From the NCBI GenBank assembly GCA_050949045.1, contig JBMNEZ010000001.1:1184001-1248000 (forward strand): a DNA stretch of 64,000 bases. Direction: 5' to 3'. Both the position numbers and the translations under genes were made by a program. This DNA comes from Candidatus Izemoplasmatales bacterium. Lineage in GTDB: Bacteria; Bacillota_I; Bacilli_A; Izemoplasmatales; Hujiaoplasmataceae. The notes under the pieces are model-generated. The model ran no database searches, was not told the DNA's origin, and was given only the letters and a program-made list of their open reading frames with translations. Below, piece after piece: positions 52,547-61,083 of the stretch; position 1 is the first letter of the stretch, and each line of letters opens with the position of its first letter.

Positions 52547-53833
52547 TTATTTGAAATATTCATGCAAAACGATCGTTTGTTTCCGGTCAGGCCCAAAAGA
52601 AATAATCGCTATTTTTGTGTTGGTAATGGTTTCAATGGCTCGCAAATAGTTTACACAGTTTTGTGGCAAGTCTTCTGTTGTTTTTATATTCGTTAGGTCT
52701 TCCGTCCAACCCGGAAGGGTTTTGTATAATGGTTTGACGCGACAATAACGGTTATAATCAGCGGGAATGTGGGAAATGATCTCACCATCGAGTTCATAAG
52801 CATAGCATATTTTGACCTCAGAGATTCCCGACAGCACATCGAGCAACATTATCGACAGTCCGGTTATTCCGTTGATTTGTATAGCGTGGTTCAAAACGAC
52901 GCCATCGAGCCACCCGATCCTCCTGGGCCTACCGGTAGTGGTTCCATACTCACGTCCCCTTTCCCGAATGCCTCTTGCGACCTCGTTTTCAAATTCAGTC
53001 GGGAAACTTCCGTTGCCGACCCTGGTCGAATAGGCTTTGGTTACACCGACAACTTCAGCGATCGCTTGCGGTTTGATTCCTGCATTTTGCGGAACTGCGG
53101 CTGCGGAAGGGGAACTGCTTGTCACAAACGGATAGGTTCCATGGTCGAGACAAAGCATTGACCCTTGTGCACCCTCAAACAAGATTTTTTTATCTTCGTC
53201 GATAAGTTTGTTTAACAAAACCAACGTATCAGTAATATATTTTTTTAAATATAGTCCGTATTCATGATATTCTTCGGTAACTGCGTCAACGGAAAATTCG
53301 GTTTTTCCAAAAACTTTGAATACCGGATTGTGAAGCGAAAGGCTGACGCGGACTTTTTCCCTTAGTATGTCTTTATCAAGAAGATCGCCGATTCGAATCC
53401 CAAATCGTGAGGCTTTGTCCATATACGCGGGTCCGATGCCTTTTTTGGTGGTTCCGATCGCTTGATTTCCCCTGATCGACTCATAAAGCGCATCGAGCTC
53501 GAGATGATAGGGCATAACAACATGAGCTCTGTCTGACAGACAGAGTGTAAAATCAACAAAACCCTCGTTTGCGACGGTCTTGATTTCATCAATCAGCGCC
53601 TTGGGATTGACAACCATCCCATCAGCCATGATATTGATTGTTTTTTTGTTAAAGACGCCTGAAGGAAGTAAATGCAGAGCGTATTTTTTGTGTCCAAAAA
53701 GAATCGAATGTCCTGCGTTGTTTCCCCCTTGACTGCGAACGACGACTTCGGCTTTCCTAGCTAGGTAATCAGTTATTTTCCCTTTACCTTCATCGCCCCA
53801 TTGCGTTCCCACAACAACCACTGTTTTTGCCAA
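52547..53833 (-). CDS. purA: Adenylosuccinate synthetase
   Basis: QWGDEGKGK, GGNNAGH, GTTKKGIGP, GTTTGRPRR. Confidence 0.98.
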   Translation of the reverse strand: MAKTVVVVGTQWGDEGKGKITDYLARKAEVVVRSQGGNNAGHSILFGHKKYALHLLPSGVFNKKTINIMADGMVVNPKALIDEIKTVANEGFVDFTLCLSDRAHVVMPYHLELDALYESIRGNQAIGTTKKGIGPAYMDKASRFGIRIGDLLDKDILREKVRVSLSLHNPVFKVFGKTEFSVDAVTEEYHEYGLYLKKYITDTLVLLNKLIDEDKKILFEGAQGSMLCLDHGTYPFVTSSSPSAAAVPQNAGIKPQAIAEVVGVTKAYSTRVGNGSFPTEFENEVARGIRERGREYGTTTGRPRRIGWLDGVVLNHAIQINGITGLSIMLLDVLSGISEVKICYAYELDGEIISHIPADYNRYCRVKPLYKTLPGWTEDLTNIKTTEDLPQNCVNYLRAIETITNTKIAIISFGPDRKQTIVLHEYFK

Positions 53834-53949
53834 ATGAAATCCCTCCTGAAAGTGTTGTCATTATATCACAAGCAATTTATTTATAAGACTTAGAAATTTA
53901 ATGACCTCATACACAATATTTCGCAATAATAATTCAATGCCCTTTTTCG

Positions 53950-54114
53950 TCATAAAATCTATTGATTCCTTTTCGGTCAAACTCGATGATGGATGTCGTT
54001 TCCTTTGTCAATAAGCAATCCTTAGTATTCCGGCTTCTTAACCGACAATTCATAAGTACACATATATCCCGCTGGTTCGGCGCCAACGATAATGACATCA
54101 TATTGGTTCGTCGT
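53950..54114 (-). pseudogene. N-terminal remnant of an FAD-dependent oxidoreductase
   Basis: (ACG)TNQYDVIIVGAEPAGYMCTYELSVKKPEY*GLLIDKGNDIHHRV*P; eroded GxGxxG motif; GGAG RBS. Confidence 0.75.
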
Positions 54115-54187
54115 AAAAATCTTCTCCAAAAACATATTAGATAATATCACCAAACAGGCCTAAAAGCAACTGTAACCCAAAAAGAAA

Positions 54188-54209
54188 AACAGAGTCGAAG
54201 ACTCTGTTT
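54188..54209 (-). terminator. Terminator after dnaN
   Basis: AAACAGAGTC-gaa-GACTCTGTTT with T-tract on the minus strand. Confidence 0.8.
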
Positions 54210-54222
54210 GTGTGGTGCTTTC

Positions 54223-55347
54223 TTATTCGGTTCTTACCGGAAGAATCAGTTGAATCACTCCCTGATCTTCGTCCCCTTCAATTATGAATGGCCTTATCTC
54301 GCCTGTGAATTTGACATATACTTCTGTCGAATTGAAGGTTTTGAGAGCGTCCATGAAATATTTAGAACTAAAAGCGATTTTAAGTGGCATACCAACAACA
54401 TTGTCGACTGGATAAACTTTCTCCGTCACTTTTCCGAGTTCCGGAGAATTAGAGGTGATTTCGACGGTGTTGTCGCTTCTCAAATTGAGTTTGACAATGC
54501 TTGATGATCCTTCTTTGGAAGATAAAAGAGACGCTCTTTCGACAGCTGTATACAGTTTGTCTTTGTTAAATTTGATGATTACTGGAAATTCGTTCGGAAT
54601 CAATCTCGATGTTTCGGGAAAGTTTCCTTCAAGCAGTCTTGATTGAAACAAGATGTTTCCGTATTCGAACAGAATCGATTTATGATTTAAATGCACAAGA
54701 ATCTCGTCGAGATTGAGTTCCAAAACTTTGGACAATTCATCAAGGCTTCTTCCAGGAATAACAACATTCATATTATCCTGGTTTTTGGGGATGGTGATTA
54801 TCTTCTGGCTCAGCCTGAATGAATCGGTAGCGATAGCCTTAAGTTTTTCGCCTTCGACGTGGATGTTAACCCCAGTTAAAATCGGGCGATTTTCAATAGT
54901 TGATGTGGCGAATGTTGTTTGTTTGATGATTGCTTTCATGAGTTTTGAATCTAGTTTAATCGGCTCATCACTGATTGGAAATTCCAATTCAGGATAATTT
55001 TCGACATCAAGAAGATTGAGTGTCACATCGGATTCACCGGCAATGATTCTCAAAATGTTGTTGTCGATGACAGAGAATTCAACTTTGTCGCCTTCTAGTT
55101 TCCGCAGGATCTCGACAAAAAACTTCCCGGGAATCAAAATGTCTCCACCGGATTCGATATGCAAACTTTCGTCTTTGATCGAAATCTTGATTGAAATGTC
55201 AGAATTGCTGGTGATAAGAACGATTTCGTTTTGATAAGCTTCAAGTTTGATGCCTTGAAGATACGGAGCCGGAGTCTTTGTGGATAATGCTTTTTGAGAT
55301 ACGAGTAAATTATTTAACAGCACACTCGTCGAGATAGTGAAATTCAT
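54223..55347 (-). CDS. dnaN: DNA polymerase III beta clamp
   Basis: RPILTGV, ATDSFRL, SRLLEGNFP, LILPVR. Confidence 0.97.
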   Translation of the reverse strand: MNFTISTSVLLNNLLVSQKALSTKTPAPYLQGIKLEAYQNEIVLITSNSDISIKISIKDESLHIESGGDILIPGKFFVEILRKLEGDKVEFSVIDNNILRIIAGESDVTLNLLDVENYPELEFPISDEPIKLDSKLMKAIIKQTTFATSTIENRPILTGVNIHVEGEKLKAIATDSFRLSQKIITIPKNQDNMNVVIPGRSLDELSKVLELNLDEILVHLNHKSILFEYGNILFQSRLLEGNFPETSRLIPNEFPVIIKFNKDKLYTAVERASLLSSKEGSSSIVKLNLRSDNTVEITSNSPELGKVTEKVYPVDNVVGMPLKIAFSSKYFMDALKTFNSTEVYVKFTGEIRPFIIEGDEDQGVIQLILPVRTE

Positions 55348-55359
55348 AAGCAACCTCCG

Positions 55360-55550
55360 CAATGTATTATATTATATTAATTATTATTTTTTATATTATT
55401 GTTGTTATTGGTAATGTGGACGGCGGGGAAAAAAGACATAATTCAACAATTTATTATACCATATTTAGGGGGTTAAGTATAGATTATGAGACGTGAATAT
55501 AAGCAATTATTTATCTGTTTTTTCCACATTTAATCAATAATTTATCAACA
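55360..55550. other. oriC unwinding element between dnaA and dnaN
   Basis: Minus strand GTCCACA-TTA-CCA-ATA-ACA-ACA-ATA-ATA then AT-only tract; boxes TTTTCCACA (55520) and TTATCAACA (55542). Confidence 0.7.
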
Positions 55551-56887
55551 TCGCCTTTCTTGGCTTTATCGATCTGCAAATCGTTTGCTATTTGTTCAAT
55601 GCTGTAGATGACCGTCGAATGGTCACGATTATTAAATAGTTGGCCGATTTTCTTATAAGTAAGATCATACATATCTTTGAGAATATACATAGCAATTTGC
55701 CTTGGGAACACATACTGTTTCTGTCTTTTTTTTGACAAAAGATCAGAAGTTGATATTCCATAATAAGAGCTGACTATATCAAGAACGGTTGTATAATTGG
55801 TTTTCTCGATTGACTTATTGCTGATGTTTTTGGAGTTGATCAAATTTTTAAGGGCTTCTTCAGCGTTTTCGATCGTAAATTTATAGTCAAACGCAGTACA
55901 ATAAAACAATACTCTTTTCAAGGCCCCTTCCAACTCACGAACGTTGTTATCGAATATACTGGCTATATAATCAAGGATTTCTTCGGGAATCAACTCAGGA
56001 TCAGAAGTTTCTGCTTGTAGTTTCTTTTTGAGAATTAGAATACGGTGTTCCAGATTTGGACGGTTGATATCGACAGACAAACCCCATTCAAATCTAGAGG
56101 TAAGCCGGGACATGATATCATACAACTCAGAAGCGGGGCGATCTGAAGTAATGACAATTTGTTTGTTGTTTTCCTTGAGTTTTTCAAAAATCTTGAAAAA
56201 CTCGAGTTGCGACTGAGTTTTTCCTGAAAGAAACTGAATGTCATCAACAAGCAAAACATCCACATTTTCATATTTTTTGGAAAAATCGTCAAAAGTCTTT
56301 TTTTGAACTGCTTTCGCATAATCTTCGATAAATTGATCGGTTTTGGCATACAATACTTTTTTGTGAACGTTGTTTTCGAGAACGAAGTTGCCAACGCATT
56401 GCATCAAATGGGTCTTTCCTAGACCGACTTCTCCAAAAATATAAAGAGGGTTGGCGACAACTCCGGGCTGATCAGCGACCTTCATTGCTGAAGTATATGC
56501 CAGCCGGTTGCTTGAACCGACAACAAAATTGTCAAATGTATAGGAATTGTTCAACCCGGTTTTGTATTTGCTCTCAAGCCCAAGCTCAGGTTGGTTGATT
56601 TCGTAACTGCTGGTTTTTGCAAGCTCTTCGGCGGCTTGTTCTTTGGTAATGACTTTGAACATATGTTTCTCAGAGACTTCTTCATTAAGCATCGCGTTTA
56701 GCCGGTTAAGATAAAAAGACTCGATTTTGCTTTTGACAAAAGAGTTGGGAGCGACAAGGTACACATAATTATTGACAACCTTGAAAACATTGGTTATCTC
56801 GTTGAAATGTTCAAAAAAAACATCCTCGTCCAAGGTCAACTGCAATTGATATTTGATTTTATTCCAAAGTCGTTGATATTGTTCCAC
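55511..56887 (-). CDS. dnaA: Chromosomal replication initiator DnaA
   Basis: NPLYIFGEVGLGKTHL, DDIQF, SRFEWGL, RELEGAL, RDHSTV; GTG start at 56887 (the ORF-track extension is oriC DNA). Confidence 0.98.
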   Translation of the reverse strand: MEQYQRLWNKIKYQLQLTLDEDVFFEHFNEITNVFKVVNNYVYLVAPNSFVKSKIESFYLNRLNAMLNEEVSEKHMFKVITKEQAAEELAKTSSYEINQPELGLESKYKTGLNNSYTFDNFVVGSSNRLAYTSAMKVADQPGVVANPLYIFGEVGLGKTHLMQCVGNFVLENNVHKKVLYAKTDQFIEDYAKAVQKKTFDDFSKKYENVDVLLVDDIQFLSGKTQSQLEFFKIFEKLKENNKQIVITSDRPASELYDIMSRLTSRFEWGLSVDINRPNLEHRILILKKKLQAETSDPELIPEEILDYIASIFDNNVRELEGALKRVLFYCTAFDYKFTIENAEEALKNLINSKNISNKSIEKTNYTTVLDIVSSYYGISTSDLLSKKRQKQYVFPRQIAMYILKDMYDLTYKKIGQLFNNRDHSTVIYSIEQIANDLQIDKAKKGDVDKLLIKCGKNR

Positions 56888-56931
56888 GGCTTCTACCCCA
56901 CTATGTACATATAGAATATAACACAAGCAAA

Positions 56932-57102
56932 TGTGGATTTGACAACTATTTCTCCACAAAAAATGTGGAAAACTAACGGATGATAAAACAGATAGAAAGT
57001 ATAAATGTGGAAAACTACAGACACTTACAAAGCCTAAAAATAACGATTTATATGAGTTTTCCACATTTCCACAAGCCCTCTGTTTCCACATTTTCATTAA
57101 CA
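56932..57102. other. oriC DnaA-box cluster
   Basis: Boxes at 56932, 56950, 56964, 57006, 57057, 57065, 57082 (three exact TTTTCCACA, four near-matches). Confidence 0.88.
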
Positions 57103-57181
57103 AAAAAGCCAAAGAGACCGATTAAACATTTTTAGATAATAAAACAGATTTTTCGGGATTTTTGATCCAAAACATTAATTG

Positions 57182-57210
57182 TTGACAGAAAGCATAAAAT
57201 CTCTTATAAT
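57182..57210 (+). promoter_or_regulatory. Consensus sigma-A promoter of rpmH
   Basis: TTGACA-17-TATAAT. Confidence 0.9.
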
Positions 57211-57251
57211 GATGTAGCGCGGTTTTGGGAGTGTGTTTGGAGGTGTTGATG

Positions 57252-57395
57252 ATGAAAATGACATATCAGCCTAGTAAAACCAAAAGATCGAGAACTCATG
57301 GTTTCAGAGCGAGAATGGAAACAGCAAACGGCAGAAAAATACTAGCGAGAAGAAGAGCAAAAAACCGTAAGAGTTTGACCGTTTCTGATCGGTAA
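57252..57395 (+). CDS. rpmH: 50S ribosomal protein L34
   Basis: Manual translation [47 protein letters not shown]. Confidence 0.97.
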   Translation: MKMTYQPSKTKRSRTHGFRARMETANGRKILARRRAKNRKSLTVSDR

Positions 57396-57488
57396 AACCA
57401 AATATAGAGAACGCCAAAAATATATTAGAACTTGAAATCACCGGAATAATATATCATGGTGATTTTTGTTTTATTAGGAGTTAAAGCG

Positions 57489-57824
57489 GTGAAAAAAGAG
57501 TATCGAATCAAAAAAAACAACGAAATCGAAACGCTGCTTTCCCAAAAAAAACAGGTTGGAAATAGTTCGTTTTCCGTGTACTACTCATTCAACCAGAAAG
57601 AGCCACATTTCCGATTTGCTATCAGTGTACCCAAGAAATATGGGACTGCAGTGGATAGAAACCGGATCAAAAGAAGAATCCGGGAAGTGATCAAAACGGC
57701 CAATATTAGGGAAGTTGTTGATTTTTTTATTATTGTGAAGATTCCCGCTAAACCCGCTAATTATGAAGATATCTATAAATCACTTACAAATTTATTCGCA
57801 CGTGCGAAAATAATAGAAGGATAA
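57489..57824 (+). CDS. rnpA: RNase P protein component
   Basis: GTG start; SVPKKYGTAVDRNRIKRRIRE RNR motif. Confidence 0.95.
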   Translation: MKKEYRIKKNNEIETLLSQKKQVGNSSFSVYYSFNQKEPHFRFAISVPKKYGTAVDRNRIKRRIREVIKTANIREVVDFFIIVKIPAKPANYEDIYKSLTNLFARAKIIEG

Positions 57825-57829
57825 GACAT

Positions 57830-58954
57830 ATGAAAAAGACAAAATTAATATTGGTAGTATTGGCATTTGCGCTTTTGTTTGGTGCTGCGGGATGCCGAGG
57901 CAAAAAAGGAGAGGTCTCTTATAAAAACTATTCAAGCATAGTTGTAAAAGAAGGCGATACTGCAGGAACAAATTATTACAATGTACTTATTTTGCTTGGA
58001 ACACCAACGTCATCTACCGGGCTAATTGAAGGGGCCCCTTTTGATTCGACAACCTATACAGGCATCATGCATTGGAATCTAAGCGATGAAGGCGTTAGTG
58101 TTACGGTCACCTTGACTGATAACCAAGTCACCGCGAAAGAACAAACAGGTTTATATGAAAGCGTGTATCGTACTCCTATCGGAGCAAGGACCGGTGTCTG
58201 GGAATGGATCATCAAACAAATCGGAGCCTTCACATTCCATGCCAGCAATCTCTTTGGACTCCTAGGAAACACTTATCTATACTGGCTGGGGTTATTGATT
58301 ATGACGCTTGTGATTCGAACCCTTGGTTGGCCGATCTATGCCAAAAGCAATGATATGACTTATAAAATGAACCTAGCTCAACCGGAACTCACAAAGATTC
58401 AAGAAAAGTATCGAGGCAGGACTGACCAAGCTTCTCAACAGCGAATGCAACTTGAAACGATGGAAGTCTACAAAAAATATAAAATCAATCTATTTGGGTG
58501 TCTGATGCCGTTGATGCAAATGCCGATCTTCATTGCCATGTATCAAGTTGTCCAGAGATTTCCGCTTACCGACACGGCGGTTTTCAGCGATCACGCCGTT
58601 ACGATGAACACCGTTTTCCTTTGGACCAATCTCGGGAATACCGCTTGGTTGCCAAACCTTCCTCTTGCAATCATTGTTGGAGGAACTATGTTTCTCAGTC
58701 AATGGCTCATGGCAAAAAGGCAAAAAAAACAACAAAAACAATATAACCGTTACGTTGATCCGAAAGTACAACAGAGCCAAAAAACAATGAAATTCATGAT
58801 GTACTTTATGATCTTGATGATGGCATACATCGCTATTGGCAATGCCGGTATCGCTTTCTATTGGATCATCGGCAACTGCTATCAATTACTTCAAAGTTAT
58901 ATCAGCCATAAACAAGCCGATAAACGTCAGGCGAAACTCAAAAAGCAATTTTAG
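57830..58954 (+). CDS. yidC: Membrane protein insertase YidC (lipoprotein, extra N-terminal domain)
   Basis: Lipobox AAGC; TLVIR, QPEL..IQEKY, GCLMPLMQMPIF, YWIIGN. Confidence 0.93.
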   Translation: MKKTKLILVVLAFALLFGAAGCRGKKGEVSYKNYSSIVVKEGDTAGTNYYNVLILLGTPTSSTGLIEGAPFDSTTYTGIMHWNLSDEGVSVTVTLTDNQVTAKEQTGLYESVYRTPIGARTGVWEWIIKQIGAFTFHASNLFGLLGNTYLYWLGLLIMTLVIRTLGWPIYAKSNDMTYKMNLAQPELTKIQEKYRGRTDQASQQRMQLETMEVYKKYKINLFGCLMPLMQMPIFIAMYQVVQRFPLTDTAVFSDHAVTMNTVFLWTNLGNTAWLPNLPLAIIVGGTMFLSQWLMAKRQKKQQKQYNRYVDPKVQQSQKTMKFMMYFMILMMAYIAIGNAGIAFYWIIGNCYQLLQSYISHKQADKRQAKLKKQF

Positions 58955-58973
58955 TATGTAAGGAGAAAAAATC

Positions 58974-59597
58974 ATGCAAAGATCAATTCAATTTGAAACC
59001 AAAACGATGAGCGAGTCAACGCTTAAATCGGCAGCTAATGAACTAAGAGTCAACAAAAAATTTGTCGAATTGAAAGTCATCGAAGAAAAGAAGAGCCTTC
59101 TTGGGTTGAACAAAACCTTTATTGTCGAAGCCTCTATCAAATTTGATCCACTCAAAGACGGCATTGATTATTTAAAAGCAATACTCACGGAAATGGAAAT
59201 CGAAGCGGTCATCGAAGCCCGAATTGAAGAAGAAAAACAACTAATCTTTCTTATTGATGCTAAAGACAACCCAATTTTGATTGGCAAAAACGGAAAGACA
59301 CTCGAAGCCATGCAGATATTAATCAAGAACTTCATCAATGTCTTTTCGGAAGAACCGTATCGGGTTCTTCTCGATGTCGGTGGGTATAAATCACAACGAA
59401 AAAAACAGCTGGAAATACTTGCCACAAAAACCGCGAAAGAAGTCGCAAAAACAAAAATCCCTGTCCGTCTTGGGAGAATGAACGCATATGAAAGGCGAGT
59501 TGTCCATACAAAACTGTCTGATTGGCGCGACGTGATTACCGAGTCTGAAGGCGAAGAGCCAAACCGTTGCGTTGTAATCAAACCTAAACAAAAGTAG
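58974..59597 (+). CDS. jag: Jag/EloR (KhpB) RNA-binding protein
   Basis: LIGKNGKTL KH motif; MNAYERRVVH R3H; SEGEEPNR. Confidence 0.93.
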   Translation: MQRSIQFETKTMSESTLKSAANELRVNKKFVELKVIEEKKSLLGLNKTFIVEASIKFDPLKDGIDYLKAILTEMEIEAVIEARIEEEKQLIFLIDAKDNPILIGKNGKTLEAMQILIKNFINVFSEEPYRVLLDVGGYKSQRKKQLEILATKTAKEVAKTKIPVRLGRMNAYERRVVHTKLSDWRDVITESEGEEPNRCVVIKPKQK

Positions 59598-59600
59598 ATT

Positions 59601-60152
59601 ATGGACAGGCTGATTGTTGGACTTGGCAATCCCGGAAAGAAATATGCCAAATCCAAGCACAACATTGGTTTTATGGTTTTGGATGCCTACGCCAAAATAA
59701 ACAAAACTAAATTTTCCAAAGAAACTAAATTTCAAGGCGAAACCGCCTTTATTGACAATACGATATTTTTGAAGCCAAAAACATTTATGAATCTTTCAGG
59801 CATATCAGTAAGAGCTGTCCAACAATTTTACCAGATTCCAATTGAGAATATTTTAGTTGTTTCAGATGATGTCGATTTGCCTTTTGGAAAAATCAGGTTA
59901 CGAGAAATAGGTGGGGCCGGAGGACATAACGGACTCAAATCGATCATCGAACAACTAGGATCAGACAGTTTCAAGCGACTTCGAATCGGCATTGATAAAA
60001 AATATGACCTCGATTTAAAAAAGCATGTTCTCAGCAAGATGACAAAAGCGGAAATGAAAATCATTGCGGATGTTATGATTACCACCGAAGCAATTATTGA
60101 ATCATTTGTAAAAGAAACACCTTTCTCTGAAATAATGAACCACTTCAATTGA
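59601..60152 (+). CDS. pth: Peptidyl-tRNA hydrolase
   Basis: GLGNPG, HNIGF, FMNLSG, GGHNGL. Confidence 0.96.
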   Translation: MDRLIVGLGNPGKKYAKSKHNIGFMVLDAYAKINKTKFSKETKFQGETAFIDNTIFLKPKTFMNLSGISVRAVQQFYQIPIENILVVSDDVDLPFGKIRLREIGGAGGHNGLKSIIEQLGSDSFKRLRIGIDKKYDLDLKKHVLSKMTKAEMKIIADVMITTEAIIESFVKETPFSEIMNHFN

Positions 60153-60172
60153 AACCGCTCCGGCGGTTTTTT
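60151..60172 (+). terminator. Terminator after pth
   Basis: AAACCGC-tccg-GCGGTTT followed by T-tract. Confidence 0.75.
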
Positions 60173-60251
60173 GTTTCTGGGAAAGGAACGCTTTTTGGAA
60201 AAAGATGTGTGCTATAATTGTTATTGAATTCAGATAGAAAGGATCTTAAAT

Positions 60252-61022
60252 ATGAAAAAGATTGAAAAAGGAACATACGCTATTGTCACAGGTGCTTCTA
60301 GTGGTATTGGAAGGGCAATTGCTTTGGAACTCGCTGCACAAGGAGCGAACCTGATTCTAGTTGCACGCAGAAGAGATCGGCTTGAACAATTAAAAGCCAT
60401 TATTGTTAACAAATACAAAGTCGACACAATCATTTTTGATGAAGATCTCACAAAAGCTGAGAATTGCAAAAACCTTTATGAAAACACTAAGAAATATAAT
60501 GCAGAAATTATTGTGAATAACGCTGGCTTTGGGATATGCGGATTTTTCAGCGAAGGTGATCTTGATCTTGAACTTGAAATGATAAGATTAAACATCGAAT
60601 CATTGCATATATTGACGAAATTATATTTATCAACCATGTCTAAAGGAGTAATTATGAACGTTGCCAGCGTAGCTGGGTTTATACCGACTCCGCTGATGGC
60701 AACGTATGCGGCGACAAAAGCATATGTCAACAATTTCAGCCGCGCTTTGAATTATGAAATGAAAGTGCAAAAAAGAGATATTCGCGTCCTATCGCTATGT
60801 CCCGGTCCAGTAAAAACAGATTTTTGGACTATTGCCAAAGCGAACCAAAGCAAATACGCTTTGCCAGTTGAAAGATGCGCCAGAGCGGCAGTGAAAGGCA
60901 TTATCAATAATAAATTAGTTATCATTCCGGGGAAAATGATGAAATTTGCTCGACTCTTAATAAAGATATTGCCGGTAAATTGGATTTTGCCAACGCTGTA
61001 CAAGATTCAAAAAAGGAAATAA
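60252..61022 (+). CDS. Short-chain dehydrogenase/reductase
   Basis: TGASSGIG, NNAG, YAATK, CPGPVKT. Confidence 0.93.
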   Translation: MKKIEKGTYAIVTGASSGIGRAIALELAAQGANLILVARRRDRLEQLKAIIVNKYKVDTIIFDEDLTKAENCKNLYENTKKYNAEIIVNNAGFGICGFFSEGDLDLELEMIRLNIESLHILTKLYLSTMSKGVIMNVASVAGFIPTPLMATYAATKAYVNNFSRALNYEMKVQKRDIRVLSLCPGPVKTDFWTIAKANQSKYALPVERCARAAVKGIINNKLVIIPGKMMKFARLLIKILPVNWILPTLYKIQKRK

Positions 61023-61083
61023 CATACTCACCAGACCGCTCACAAATGGCTAGAAATAGAGAAATATTGTATTGGAGACAACG

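Noticed and set aside
56888..57112. 75-aa N-terminal extension of DnaA in the ORF track
   Set aside because: Runs through DnaA boxes and the promoter; GTG at 56887 gives a normal-length DnaA
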